Below the pieces are notes generated by a model that saw nothing but the letters and a program-made list of their open reading frames with translations, was not told where the DNA came from and ran no database searches. 64,000 bases of DNA, from the NCBI RefSeq assembly GCF_009914755.1, contig NC_060938.1. One strand, written 5' to 3'. The DNA is from the human T2T-CHM13v2.0 reference genome, Homo sapiens. Within the stretch, counting starts at the first letter, position 1; every line of letters begins with the position of its first letter. Of this stretch, positions 43,643-60,340 are shown piece by piece. Both the position numbers and the translations under genes were made by a program.

Positions 43643-44509
43643 AGGTGTATCATCTTTTAACTTTTATACCATATTTTTACTGTACTGAATACTGTATTTA
43701 GTATAGTATACAGCATAGTAACATATTGTATAGGTTTGTAGCCTAGGAGAAATATGGTATCCATATAGCCTAAGTGTTTAGTAGGCTACACCATCTAGGT
43801 TTGTGTAAGTGCCTCTACACTGTCCATGCAATTATAAGATAGCTTAACAACAACATTTCTCAGAACATATCGCCATTGTTAAATGATTCCTGACTGTGCT
43901 TGCAACACAATTTTAGTCATTATTGATAGCAGTCTGCTCTATTCACTCAAAATCTTCTCTTTTCTCAACCCATCATTCACGTGCATACATACATACACAT
44001 ATTTAACTTCTTTAATTAGGTACCACCTTACTTTCTTGACTCTAATAAAAGTAATTTTCTCTTTAATATATACAAATCAGATGGTTTTACCACTTCTTCA
44101 GTGAACCTATAATTTAGGAGTTAACCAATTTCTTCCTCATTCAACTCAAAAAGCAATGTTTTCTAGTGAGCACAATGTCAAGAACATAAGAAAAACTATC
44201 ACATATTTCCAGGTGGATATTTCTTACCTTTTTTCTGATTATGAAAATAATAGAGTAAAAACTCAAAATTATTTAAGAATAGAAAATTCATTAAAAAAAT
44301 TACAGTATGTCCATATGAAGAAATACTATGTATTCATCAAAAAGCAACAAATATGAAATGTTCACAACATATTATGTGGATGAAACAACTTACAAGGCTG
44401 CATGGTTTAATCCCAATGTTGTTAATAAGTATGAAAAAAAAAGAGAAAGATCAATTGATTGGGTATTCTGTAAGCCAGAACTTTTTAAAACTATTTTTGA
44501 GAAACACTA

Positions 44510-44870
<361 letters not shown>

Positions 44871-44889
44871 AATTTTAATTTAAAATTTA

Positions 44890-46870
44890 AAAAATCACTC
44901 CTACCAGACCCAACTCTCTTGTAGGTAACAATAAACTCTAGACCAAAACTAAAACAAAGCAAGAAAATAAAAACCCTGAAGGCAATGAAGAGTAAAGAAA
45001 AGTAATACAGATCTGGACAGGAGTTGATTCTGGGGAAAAAGGTAATGGCACAAAGTGAGTTATCTGTTTTTAATGACTTTTAGCCTGAGTACACATCAAA
45101 GTTGGCAACACGCAGGGTATATAAAACCCCAATAGAAAACTCACAGTCTTTCTAGCCTGAAGAACCACAGGGTACAGTTCAAGAAAATCAGAGCTGCAGG
45201 AAAGTAAGGTGGGAATCCTGGAAAGGAGAGATTCCCAAATTCTGTAAATAAAGCCTTTTCAAATATCTGTCTCATCTCTGAACTACCACCCAAGAGCTGC
45301 CACCCAAGACAAAATCTGTAGTTTAAGTCCAACCAGTTTACTTGTCTGGTAGGAGGGAGGAAGAAAGAAAGGAAGGAAGGGAAGGAAGGTGTGTTAGTCT
45401 GTTTGTGCCACTATAAAGGAATATCTGAGGATGGGTAATTTATAAAGAAAAGCAGTTTCATTTGCTTGCTGTTTTGTAGTGTGTACAGGAAGCATGGTGC
45501 CAGCATCTGCTTCTAATCAGGGACTCAGGAAGCTTACAATCATGGCAGAAGGCAAAAAGAGAACAGGCACATCACACGGCAACAGCAGGAGCAAGAGATG
45601 GGCAGTGGAGGTGCCAGGCTCTTTTAAACAACCAGATCTCACAGGAACTCAGAGCTAGAACTCACTTATCACCAAGGAGATGGTGCTAAGCCATACATGA
45701 GGGATCTGCCCCCATGATCCAAACACCTCCCACCAGGCCCCACCTCCAACATTGGGAATCACATGAATTTGGCGGGGCCAAACATCCAAACCATATCAGG
45801 AGGGAAAGGAGAAAGGGAAGGAGGAAGGGAGGGATGAAAGAAGAGAAGTAGGAAGGGAGGATGGGAGAAAGGGAGGAAAGAAGGAACCTTTTCAGAAGAA
45901 TGTAACTGAATCTAGAGTCTCCACAACATAACATTCAATATTTTTGATATTGATATCAAGAATACAACCCCAAATTACTCCATATACAAAGAAACAGGAA
46001 AATGTGATCTATTTTCAAGAAAAAAGACAATCCACAGAATCCAAACCTAGATGATCAAGATGCTGAAATCACCAGATAAAGATTTTAAAGCTTAAAAACA
46101 TAAAAGAAAATAGGTTTGCAATACTGTAAAAATAAGAAATTGCAGTAGAGGAAATCTATAACAAAGAACCAAATGTAAACTCTAGAACTAAAAAATGCAA
46201 TGTCTAAAATAAAAAATTCATGAATAGGCTTAACAGCAGGCTAAAGATAACAGACGAGACAGTGAACTTGAAAAAAAGATCAATATTATTGAATCTAAAG
46301 AACAGAGAAAAAAAGATACTTGAAAAAAAAAAGTCTCAGAGACCCATAGAACAATATCAAAAGGTTCAACATAGGTATAATCGGAATCCCAGAAGCAGAA
46401 AAGAGAGGGGATAAGACAAAAAATATTTGGACAAATATTGTAGATCTTGATAGAGATTTGGATTACACTGACATATACTTTTGTCAATATTCAACAAATA
46501 TACACTTAAAATTCAACAAATACACACAAAATTCTACAAATACTCACTTGGGCAGCTCACTGTGTGTAAAATTTATGCCAAAAGAAGAAAACTGTAAAGA
46601 GATCGTTGAACCCAGTAAATGATATATATGTTTAAGTGTTTGCAAGGAAATATATTGGTGTCTTCAATTTACTCTGAAATTCATTCCTCTCCAAAAAGTG
46701 GATTAATAATGGATAGAAGAATGGATAGGTAGACAGATATTTGCTAAAGCAAGTATAGTAAGTAATCTTAATGGCAGAATTTATGTGGTGGACATACAGG
46801 TCTTCACTATTAAGTTTTTTTTTTATTTTCCTGTATGTTTGAAATTTTTCTAATAAAATTTTGAGGGTAA
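44890..46870 (+). mobile_element. Old L1M fragments (5' region/ORF1, then a 3' end piece)
   Basis: MNRLNSRLKITDE is ORF1p coiled-coil-like; ctgtatgtttgaaatttttctaataaaa 3' end. Confidence 0.7.
45390..45798 (-). mobile_element. MST (MSTB-like) MaLR solo LTR in a GA-rich tract
   Basis: tgtgttagtctgtttg...ctataaaggaatatctgagg ... ccaaaccatatca. Confidence 0.9.
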
Positions 46871-47188
46871 AAAAGCTATTGTGACTTACAGTGTTTCAAT
46901 GGACTAATACAAATTGTTTTTTAAAAAAACAAGACAAGAGCTACATGTTGTTTCATCTTCTCTCTAATAATTTGGCTTCTACATCAGCCAAATTCTGCCA
47001 ATGGATCTACCTCATTCAAGTAACTATTTAGACTGGGAAGTACAACCTGGTAGAAGAAAGAAGAGAAGGAAAAGTGATTACTAACCAAATATTAGAAATT
47101 AATAAATAAGAAACATGTTTTCTACATTTACTAACTCCTTTACTTTTTCATTCTAGACATGTGACGGATAACTGAGGTATTCTAATTA

Positions 47189-47531
47189 CAGTTATCCCTC
47201 AGTATATGTGGGGGATTGGTTCCAGCCCTCTATGGATACCAAAATCCATGGATGCTCAAGTCCCTTATATAAATGGTGTAGTATTTGCACATAACCTATG
47301 CACATCCTCCCATATGCTTTAAATCATCTCTTGATTACTTATAATACCTAACGCAATGTAAATGCTACTGAGATAGTTGTCATATTGTATTGTTCAGGGA
47401 AAAAATGACAAGAAAAAAGTCTGCACATGTTCAGTACAGATGCAATCATTCTTTTTTTTTTTCTGAATATTTTTGAGGTGCAGTTGGTTAAATCCACAGA
47501 TGTGGAACCCAAAGATATGGAGGGCCAATTA
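47189..47531 (+). mobile_element. MER2 (TcMar-Tigger MITE)
   Basis: TA|cagttatccctcagtat...ggattggttccag...ggataccaaaatcc ... atggagggccaatt. Confidence 0.9.
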
Positions 47532-47757
47532 CATATTATTTCTTGAAAAAAGGCCAATTCTACATACAAATTATTGTATTATGATCAGATTTCAAAATGG
47601 GACCTTTCAAAACTACTGTACATTAAGTTCTTCTACAGAAAGAGCAAAATATAAAAAGTAAAATAAAAAAATTTTATATGAATTTTGTATTAAAAATATA
47701 AAAGTAAAATAATAGCACTTAAATGCTACATATCGATTTTTAAATACTGCTATTTTA

Positions 47758-48078
<321 letters not shown>

Positions 48079-49082
48079 TTATTTAACCATTTTAGAAGAA
48101 ATTCCTGACACATAAACTACTCTTGGGTCTTACCAAACACTTCTGGAATCTACATTAATTTTGTCCAGACGATATTTGAGCAATTAATACACTACTGTTA
48201 AAGTGCATTAACTTATCATAATGGTAAAAGCAGCTTTAAAGAGTCTTATTCCCAAAAGAATTCATAGATGGAAAACAATTTTATTTTGTAGCCAGTTATA
48301 TAGTGCTTTCAAGTAAAAATCTAGTCATTTAAAACTACTGTCAACAAAAGCAATTCTTTTGTTGCTGGCAGCTACCCCAGTCGTAGCTTCTATGACCCAT
48401 TTTATTCATTCTTTAGAATCATATGTGATTCCTAAGCTACATGATTTAAGATGGGAGGTAAGTTATTCTTTATATATATATAATGCTATCTGTAGACTGA
48501 AAGTACAAGTACTATTCTGTAGAAATTTATGAAATGTTTTAATGTAAAAAAGAAGGCTTCATACTCAAATATACTATGAAGCTCTGCTGTAGATTAGGAA
48601 ATAAAAGTGCCAGAGAAGAGATAAGGGAGCCATGCAATAGAAAAAGAACTCTCCAGGGGTCCTTAATAAATGTGAGTCTTCATAGTTATGAGTCTCTTCC
48701 CCATTGGTCATTCATTCATTCAAGGCATTTTTAATGTTATACACATATTGTAGATTGTCTTTATTTAAATCAAAACATTGGTCAGAATATGTTGTCTCCC
48801 AAACATACTTCTCTTCCCTCCCTGTCTTTGCCTGTACTATTTCATCCACCTGTAATGCCCATGTCCAATTTTCAGTTTCTCTTCCTTCTTCCCACCCAAC
48901 TTGCTAAAATCCTATTCAGATTTCCATAGCAAATGCAATTTTCTTTATGGTAATATCTTACGAATCCCCTGGGTTGAATTACTCTCTCTCTCCCCTATGC
49001 TCCAGACTACTTGAAGTTATGGAATATTTACTTAGTGTGCCTTATGTTTCTGCCTCCCCTAAGAAGTTGGAAAACATGCCTA

Positions 49083-49268
<186 letters not shown>

Positions 49269-49509
49269 TTAATATTAATCTGTTGGTAGAATAGAAAACA
49301 AGTTAACCTGCTTGTCATGCTTAATACCATTAGATATTACTAAATAAACCACATTATCTGTCTTTCTAAGACATAATGAGGATTCTGAAGCAAAAATACT
49401 TGAGGAAGATAGATTTTTGTAACCATATGAAATTCTGTATAACTTATTTGTAAGTTATTAAAATTATGTTTAAAAATTACTAAATGAACAATCTCAATGT
49501 TAAAATCTG

Positions 49510-50170
49510 GAAAAAAAAAGAAAAATTCCATTCTTAATTTTCTTTCACGAAAAATAAGATGGAAGATTGAGTGAAGAGATATAGAGTAACAAGAGGGGTG
49601 TGTTTATGAGAGAGAGAGAGAGAGAAGGGACAGTGTGGAAAAAGAAGAGCAACATGGAAGAAATACAGAAAAACAAAGAAAAAAAGAGAGAAAGAAGAAA
49701 AAAGAAAGAGGTAAACTAGGACATGTGCTGATAAAACAGCAAGAAACCTAAGACAAGAGCACATAGAATTAGGAAGAAATGTTTGGGAAGGGAGATGAAA
49801 AGGGAAAGGTCAAAAAAAAAAAAAGTCAAGGGCAAACCTAGAAATAGAGAGTGGAGACTAGACAGCAGGAGAGACAGAGTGAGCTGAGGCACAGAGAGAG
49901 AAAAGAAATAAAGAGGAGAAGAGTAGAATGAAGCGGAGAGAGAGGGAAGGAGAAATGAAGATGACAGCAAGATGAGAAGTATAAAAGGGCAGACAAATCA
50001 AAGAAAAAGAAGGATGGAGAAAGAGGTAAGAAAAGGAGAGGGGAAAACACAAAATGTAAAAGAAAAGAGATGAAAAGAAAAAACATTCAAAGAAACAGTG
50101 AAAGTTAGAAACTGAAAAAAGGAGGAAAGATGAGAAAAGGGGAAAAAGATTGAGATAGAGAAGCAGAGTG
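49510..50170 (+). repeat. GA-rich low-complexity purine tract
   Basis: About 650 nt dominated by A/G on the plus strand. Confidence 0.9.
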
Positions 50171-50189
50171 AATTTAGGAACATTGGTCA

Positions 50190-50435
50190 AAGAATACAAA
50201 ATTAGTTTTGATAAGAGAAATAGGTTGAATAGCATTACTCCATGTGAATATAGCTAATGAAGATCTGCAGTACTCTTGAGAGATGCTAAGGCTGGATGTT
50301 TACTGTTCTCTCCACAAAAATAACTATGTCAGGTAATGCAGATGTAAGCTAGATTTAATCATTTCACAATGTATAGGCACTTCAAAACATCACATTGTAT
50401 ACAATAAATACATACAATTTGTTCAATTTGAAAAG
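50190..50435 (+). mobile_element. L1MA 3' end fragment
   Basis: tgttctctccacaaaaataactatgtcaggtaatg...atttcacaatgtata...aaacatcacattgta. Confidence 0.8.
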
Positions 50436-51499
50436 TAAAGAAAAAGCATATTTAAAAAAAAGTAAAGAGTGGTAAAGGAGACAGGGTTAGAGAGGTAGGA
50501 GAACACAGGGATAAATAAAAACAGACTAGGAGAAATGGAGATGAAATTAAAAAGCTGATAAAGAAACTAAGTATCTTAAAGGAAAGTTTATTCATTATTA
50601 TACTCTAATAAATACACATATAGTATAACTAAAACAATTTTTCTCTTTCACCTGATCTATCTAAATCTATGTTCAAGCAAAAGTTAAAAGAAAACATGGC
50701 ACCCCATAAAAAGTGTGAGAAAACATTCACTTCCTCCAGATCAATTATTCTGGTAATTCAAAGGCCCTATAATGGGCACCAATAAACAAATAAACTGCAT
50801 ACTTCATGAATTATTTTAATCTTTAGAGTTATACTAATAGAAAAGTATACCTTAAGCACTACATCACATACACACAAAAAGACACCACAAATAAGATATA
50901 AAGCAAATAAAGGAAGTCTATTTTACATTTACCAGGAAATTAAATTGTATAAGAACTTCATGTCCAATTTCCTATTGTCCTTGGTCTCAGTGCCTTTGTT
51001 CTAAATGCACTGCCTTCATTTATGCCTACTTAAACTCCATACGTTTTTCACAGGAGGTTTTAAACATATGCGAAGAAGTATAACAAAACCCTAATCACTC
51101 AGATTAAAATAATTATCAACTCATGGCAAATCTTATTTCATCTCTGCCTCCCCATATACCCTGTCCTTTGGATTATTTTGAAATAAATTCTAATCATATA
51201 ATTTCATCCATAAACACATAAATAATGATCTCCAAAAGATGTGGCAAAGGACTTAGGAGTTAACTTCAAGGGGCTCTCACTGGCTGAAGGTGAATCATTT
51301 CAAGTATTAATACAAACAGTATCTGTAATGAATGGTAACATATCAAACATTTCTAAAATGTTGCTCTTTTTAAACATAACCATAACAGTATTATCATGTG
51401 TAAAATAATTAATGTCATCAACTACTTGTTCACTGTTCAAATTTCCCCTATGGTCTCAATTTGTATAGTTGTTTTGTTGAAATTCAGATCAAATTTTAA

Positions 51500-52765
51500 A
51501 TTGTTTCATCTTTTGTTATTAGAAGTAGTGCCACAGTAGCTTTGTGCACACATATTTCTCAGATATTTCTCAGTATATATCTGTAAGATAGATTCCTAGA
51601 GATAAGACTATGGGGCCAAAAGGTGTATATGTGTAATTTTGCTTGTATTGCCAAAATTCTCTCTGAAGCACACCATTTTGCATTCCCAATAGCAATATGT
51701 AAGAGTACCTTTTTCTGTTACCAACAAAATACACTGTCAAACTGATGCTTAATACCATGGACTTTTGCCAGTGTGATAGGAAAGAAATGATATACTGTGT
51801 TGTTTTAATTTATATCTCTCTTATTATAAGTGATGTTGAGCTTCTTGTCATATAAGATTAATCTGTAATTGTTTATATGAATTCTATTCACTGTCTCCTG
51901 CCGACATTTTCATAAAGCTGTTGGTCTTTTTCTTCTCCAGTTTTTGAAGCTCTTTAGATATTTGAGAGATTAACACTTTGTCCATTATACAAGTGGCAAA
52001 CATCCTTCTGGTTTGTCATTTATCTTTTTACTTTGATTATGGTGTTTCTGCTATGCCAAAGTGTGTGTGTTATACAAATCATAAAATAATTTACCCATGT
52101 TTTCTTCCAGTACTTAGTACAGTATTATTTTCTATACTGACATCCTGTTATACAGTATGAGAAATGGATTCAAACTTTCCTCTTCCCAATTCGCTATCTC
52201 ATTAGCACAAACACCACATATTAAAAATTCCATATTTTCTCCACTTACAGGATGCTCCCTTTAGTACACATTAAATTTCCATATGCAATTGGGTTTATTG
52301 TGTATTTTCTATTCTCTTCAATTGTTCTGTCTATTCCTGTACCAATGGTATATCATTTTAATCTTAAATTCTTATATCATGTTATAACATGTAGCAAGAC
52401 AAGTCATCTTTACCCCTCTTCACTTTCTGCATTTTCTTAGCTATTCTTGCTTGTCTGTTCTCGAAAATGAACTTTATAATCTGTCTAGCCCTAGGAGGAA
52501 AAATCTGATGGTACTTTCATCAGGATCATATTAAACTTCTAAATTATTTTTTTAAAACTGACATCTCTAAGAATATTGAGTCTTCCTACACAGAACATAG
52601 TATATCTTTATATTTGTTCAAGTTTATGCTTATACCTTTAGGAGTTTTTAGAGTTCTCATAAAAATTCTGAAGATTTCTCATTAAGTGTATGCCTGTATA
52701 ATTTGCTTGGCTATCATAAATGGTATCTTCTCTTCCATTACATCTTGTGACTATTTCCATTTTTA
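51500..52765 (-). mobile_element. Old L1ME fragment
   Basis: caccattttgcattcccaatagcaatatgtaagagtacc and similar motifs. Confidence 0.75.
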
Positions 52766-54572
52766 AAATGTATGCGTTTTCAAAGGCCCTGTTCAGCCCC
52801 AGCATATCAGAGTAAAATACTCCGTAACCACCCAAATCAAACGAATAGTCTCTCATCTCTAAATGTCTAGTGTCTTTAAAAAAAAAAAGTTTAACATTTT
52901 TCTTAACATTTTATGAGATCTTGTTCTGTCTCCCCTGTTAGAACATAAACTGCTCAAAAACAATATTGTACTCACTTTCTGCTTAGCACTCAGCACACTA
53001 CATGATGCTGGGAATATAATTGGAACTCAGCAAATACCTAGTTGATAGATAAGGAAACAAAGTACAACTATCTCCCATAAAAACTAAGAATATATTCATC
53101 AAACCACATCTCTGACCCCAATCAGTTTGCAAATATTTAACATTAACCATGACAGGAATGTGGTAGAATTGGTTAAAAATGACTGCTACTTCAGGGGGAA
53201 AAGTCCTCAACATTGATGGCCTTGAGTCATCCAAAATGAGTTGGGGAAGATGGAGGAAGGTAGTAGAAAGAGAGAAAAGTTTATATGAATGAAATGTGAA
53301 ATCTAATTAAAATGAACACCCAGTAATACACTACAGGAAAGACAGTTAAAAAACACATGGATATTTTACTTTTGTACAAAATAGAGTAACAGAGACAGAT
53401 TTATCCTACCACCTGAAAAGCAAATAAAATATATGGAACAGCAATTTTCAAGACACTGGCTATCAGACAGCAAAGAACTGAGAAATAGGAACTAAATGAG
53501 GTAAGCCTTCCACCTTACTCCCTTGAGGGAGTTTCCAGGCCATGGGAAATTACCCAAGCAAAGCCGAGAAGATTTTCTGAAATGAAGAGACAAAGCTGAA
53601 AGTATGTGGAGAATAAGGCAGCGAGAGTTTGCATAACAGACTACTGTAGAATAAAGAGGTACATACAGAGAACAATGGAGATCAGCAGAGGGTCCCACTC
53701 AAGTATTCAACAGAGTACTGATCAGCACACACACAAAAAAAGGAAGCTACACAAGACTGCGGGAAAAAAACACCAGAAAAATTTACAAAAACTATACATA
53801 ACTGGTATTCACCAAGGTCAGGAGTGATGCTTGTCCCCACAAATCAGACTGGAAAAGGGATCAAATTGTTTACACAAAACTTAACTGTGTCCCAAAGCAA
53901 ATTTACAGAAATCCAAAAATATCCAGCATTCAAGGTAAAACTCACAATGTCTGGTATTCAATTAAAAAAAGTACCAGGTATACAAGGAAGCAAAAAAATA
54001 TATAGAACCCATAATGAAGAGGAAAAAAAAATCAATCAATTAGAAACAACCTAAAATTGAGACAAGGCAGTTGAGGACACTAAAATAGTTATAGCTGGAC
54101 TCAATATGTTCAAAAGGTTAAGTAGAGATATGGACGATATTAAAAAGACCCAAATCCAATTTCTAGAGATGAAAACTATAATGTCTGAGATGGAAAATAT
54201 ACTGGATGGGATTAATACCAGATTGGATATTGCAAAAGAAAATATTAATGAACTTGAAGGCATAGTAAGATAAACTAACTAAAATGAGACACAGAGAAAA
54301 GACTAACATCAAAATGATAAAAAGCATCTGTGACTCATGGGACAATTTCAAGTGACCCAAAATACATGTATTTGGAGTCCACAAAGAAGACTGGGGATAG
54401 GGGGGAGGGCATATTTGAAGAAATAATGGCCAAAATTTTCCAAACTTGATAACTACAAACCACAGATCTAAGAACCTCCGCCAACACTAAGGTCAGGAAA
54501 CATGAAGAAAACTACACCAATGCACACCACGCCATAATAACATCATTCAAAAACAGTGATGGGAAAATCTTA

Positions 54573-54806
<234 letters not shown>

Positions 54807-57800
54807 AAGGATAGTAGCATAGCTCTCAATGGAAACAAAACAAAAACAGTAGAGCAAGATCTTTAATGTACTGAAAGAAAAAAACCCATCAACCTAGAAT
54901 TTGACACTCAGAGAAAATCTTTCAAAAATGTAGGTGACATAAAGACTTCTTCAGACATACAAAAGTTGAAAGAACATATTACCAACAGAGCTACACCACA
55001 AGAAGTGTTAAATGATGTCCTTCAGGCCAAAGGATAATATCTGATAGAAATATGAATCTACACAAAGGAATAAAGTGCACCATAAGTATAAATACATGAT
55101 TTATTATTATTGGGATTTCTTTACAAGTTTATTAAAGCTTAGACAAAAAAATTATACTGAGACAAAAGGTTTGTAACATATGTAAAACTAAAATGTATTA
55201 CATCAATAGCACAAAGGCCGGGGGAGAAATAAAAGTAAAAATGTAAATAATTATAGTATATGTGATGTGGTATCATATCATTTGAGGACTGACTGTAGAA
55301 AGTTAAAGATATATACTATAAACCCTAACACAACCACTAAAATAAGAAAACAGAGTTACAGCTTATAAGCCAACAAAGGAGATAAAATGGAATAATTTTA
55401 AAATACTCAATTAATAAAAGAAAGCAGAAAAAGAAAGGGGGAACAAAGAACAGATAGGATGAGTAGAAAACAAATAGCAAGATGATAGATTTGAACTTAA
55501 TTATATCAAGAATCACAAGTGTGAATACTTTAAAATATGCCAATTAAAAGGCAGAAATTGCCAGACTGGATAAAGAAGTATGATACAAGTATATGCTGCC
55601 TACAAGAAACATTTTAAATACAAATAAGTTAAAAATAAAAGGATGGATACCCCTTGAGAACATACACCCAAAATCCTCAATGAAATACTGGCAAGCCAAA
55701 TCCAGAAACGTATAAAAGATTTATGTATCATAACCAAGCAAGATTTATCCCAGGATTGCAAGATTAGTTTAACATCTGATAATCAATTCATGTAATGCAT
55801 CATATTAACAGAATAAAGGACAAAAACTATAGGATAATCTCAATAGATACAAAAATTTGACAAAATCCAATATTCGTGATAAAAATACTGAGAATAGAAG
55901 AGAATCTTTCAACATAATAATAAACAGCATCTATGAAAAAATCTATAGTTAACATCACAGGAACTGGTGAAAGATTGAAAGTCTCCCTCTAAAGCCAGGA
56001 AAAAAAAAAAAGATTTCTACTCTCTCTACCTTTATTCAACACTATATTTGAGATTCTAGCTAAGCCAATTAGGCTAAAAATATTTTGTCAAAGGCATTCA
56101 TCTTGGAAATCAAGAAGTAAAACACTCTTCATTCACAGACAACAAGATCTTGTAAATAAAAAAAAAAAATCTAAGAAATTCACTAACAAACTTACCAGAA
56201 GTTCACTAAGGTTGCAAGATATAAGAGAAATATACAAAAGTTAATTGCATTTCTATATACTAACCATGAACACTCCAAAAATGAAATAGAAAACAATTCC
56301 ATTCATAATAACATTTTTAAAAACTTAAAATACAAATACTTTAAGAAATGAAGTACAAGACTTATACACTGCAAACCACAAGACATTACTGAAAGATATT
56401 AAAGAAGAGCTCAATACTTGTGAAGATATCCCATGTTCATGGATTGGAAGATGTAATATCATTAAAATGGTAATATTATTAATATTGCTAAGGTGGCAAT
56501 ACTCCCCAAATTGATCTACAGATTCAACACAATCTCTACCAAAATCCCTTCCAGCTTTTTTACAGAAATTGACAAGCTGATCCTAAAACTCATATGGGAA
56601 CGTAAAGGGTGCAGAATAGCCAAAACAATCTTGGGGAAAAAAAAAGAACAAAGTGGAAAGACTAACTTCAAAATTTACTACAAAACTAGTCATCAGGACA
56701 ATATAATATTAGTATAAGGACAGATAAATAAATCAATAGAATTAAATTCAGAGCCCAGAAATACACCCTTACATTTATAGTCAATTGATGTTTAACAAAG
56801 GTGCCAAGAAATTTTAAAGGGAAAGAAATAGTGTTTTCAACAAATGGTGCTACGACACTGAATATCAATATTTATATCCACATTATATCCACATGCCCTT
56901 CCCACAAAAAAAAAAATTGGATCCCTGCCTCCCACCATATACAAAAACTAACTCAAAACTGATTATGCACCTATATGTAAGAGTTAAAACTTCAAAACTC
57001 TTAGAAGAAAACATAGGAGTAAATCTTTGTAAACTTGGGTTAGGCAGTAATTTCTTAGACACAACACCAAAAGCACACATGATCAAAGAAAAATTTGATG
57101 TACTAGATTTAATTGAAATTAAAAACTTTGTGCTTTAAAAGACACCATTAACAAAGTGAAAAGACCACTCGGAGACTGAGAGAAGATATTTGCATATCAC
57201 ACATCCAATAAAATATGGATTATATCCAGCATATATAAAAAACTATTACAACTTAATAATAAAAAGAAAAATAACCCAATTAAAAAATAGGCAAAAGATT
57301 TGAAAAGACACTTCTCCAAAAAAATCTACAAGTGGCCAAAAAGCACATGAAAACATGCTCAACACAGTTAGTGATTAGGAAAATGCAAATTAAAACTATA
57401 AAAAGACAACAATATACATTGATTAAAAAGGATAAAATTACAAAGATTGACCATTCCAAATGTTTATGATATGTGACAAGTAGTATTCTCCTATTCTACT
57501 GGTGGGACTGTAAAATGGCATGACCACTTTAGAAAACAGTTTGACAAGTTTCTAAAGTTGAACATATACCTGCTACATGATCCAGACATGCCATTACTAC
57601 ATATTTACTTAAGAAAAAAGCAATCACATGTTTACACAAAGAGTTGTACACTGGTGTTCATAGCAAATCTATTCAAAATAGCCAAAAATTGAAAACTATC
57701 AAGTATCTATCAACAGATTAATCCATTTAGAAAACAAACTGTGGCTCAATGGAACACTACTCAGAAATAAAGAAGTAAGCTGGTTAAACATGCAACAATA

Positions 57801-58094
57801 TGGATGAATCTCAAAATAATTATGCTGGGCAAAAGAATGCCAACAAAAAGAGTATGTGCCATACAGATATGTGCCATATTCTCTTGCATTTGCTTTATTA
57901 ATAACAAAGTCATATTTCAGTTCTTCTTATTTTGTCTTTAATTTGGCTTTTCTAGCTATCTTATTAATACTGATTTGTAGCTGAACTCCACTGCATGATT
58001 CAATTTATATAAAATTGTAGAAAATGGAAATTAATCAATAGTAACAAAAAGTAGATCAGAGGCTGCCTCGGGACAGTGAGGAGTGGGGAGATGA

Positions 58095-58471
<377 letters not shown>

Positions 58472-58685
58472 TATACTCATTATCTTGACTGTGGTGATGG
58501 TTTCATAGGTACATACATACATGAAAACATGAAAACATCAAATTATCGATTTCAAGTATATGTAACTTACTACATATCAATTAGACCTCAATAAACCTGA
58601 AAAAATAATACATAAGTAGAATTACAGAACATTAACAGAAAAAGAGGCCTCAAAAACATTAGCAGAGCCGAAGGCTTAGAAATCA

Positions 58686-59009
<324 letters not shown>

Positions 59010-59229
59010 TTATCAAAGTCCTTCTAATTTTACCCAAAGAAAATAATGAGTCAAGCAACTAGATAATGTTAGGTTTAGAACCAAACCCTAAGCTTCACAA
59101 CTTTTTCTAATACACCACATTGCTTTAGGTAGGGTATGGGTAGAAGGGCAGGACCAGTCAGGTTAACAGACTATGTGCTGGCTATCTACATAGCCACATG
59201 TTTGCTTTTTTAGCAACAAGGAGAAACAA

Positions 59230-59465
59230 ATATAAATGGTTAAAAGTATACTGCCTATGTTCCAATCCTGTAACTTTCACTTATTAGCTATATGACCTTA
59301 AATCTGTTACTTAACCTTTTTAACCTTCAACTTCTTCATCAATTAAAAAACAACAACAACAACAACAACAAAACACTTCTTAGGGCTATTGTGATGATCA
59401 ACCAAAGTAATGCACATAAAGTATAAAACTAGTGGTAGGGCTGTTTTAAGAATAAATGTTTGCTG
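59230..59465 (+). mobile_element. MIR with internal (CAA)n
   Basis: cacttattagctatatgacctta...ttacttaacct core. Confidence 0.7.
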
Positions 59466-60009
59466 TCATCAGCGGCATCATTATTATATTTATTATCATC
59501 AGATCCCACTTACAACAGATCTGATTCATGCTAGGCACTTTACCCAATGCCAGAAATGATATGGGGACATTTAGCTAGAACATTCTAGTATGAGGACAGA
59601 TTGTAAAAAGACTTAAATACTTCCATATCAATAGATAAAAGCTATAAACACCCTAGTCACTTTAACTCCTCCCTAGGCACCCCTGAGGTAAATGTCTGAA
59701 AAAGCAGGGGCCTCCATGACTCTGCTCCAATATTACAGTCAGTGCTCATGCACGACAAGTTGTTAAAATACTTTTAATATCACTTCCTTTTGAGATTCCC
59801 AAAGGGCTTATTTGCCTCTGCTGGTCTGACATAGTCTAGGAACAGCCTGTCTATGGTGTTCTCACAAATAAAGGACAGTACATCATCACGACTTTCCCCT
59901 GCAAACCTGCTTTTCCTCTGGTATTTCCTACTACAGTGCCACTATCCAGCTAATTAACTAAGCCAGAAATACAAGTGCCATTCTTGAGTCCTTCTGCTCC
60001 CAAAATCCA

Positions 60010-60340
60010 CACATCCAATTCATCCATTCACTTACAAGCATTTATTGAGCATCTACTATGTACTAGGCAATTTGCTAGGCACTGAAGACAAAATAGGGAA
60101 CAAGACAGACAAGCTTTTGGAGCGCTTACAACAGAGGAGGGAGATAAACAGAAAAATAAACAAACACATGATACATTCAATCCAATGAGGAAAATTAACC
60201 AGGATTCAAAAGGAATGAATGTTAACTTTGTATAATCAGAAAAGACTTCTCTGAGGAGGTAACAATCCAGCTGGAACATAAACACAAGAAAGGATCAGCT
60301 AGCAAAGTTCTTGATGGTGGAGCATTCCAGAAATTGCAAA
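60010..60340 (-). mobile_element. L2 3' fragment
   Basis: caagcatttattgagcatctactatgtactaggca...gctaggcactg. Confidence 0.8.

Noticed and set aside
46490-46548. Three ~20-nt tandem units (also a 21-nt doublet at 63830-63871)
   Set aside because: Ordinary slippage duplications inside old L1 sequence.
49534-50235. Several Phe/Leu/Ser-rich membrane-like ORFs
   Set aside because: Artefact of the CT-rich low-complexity strand.
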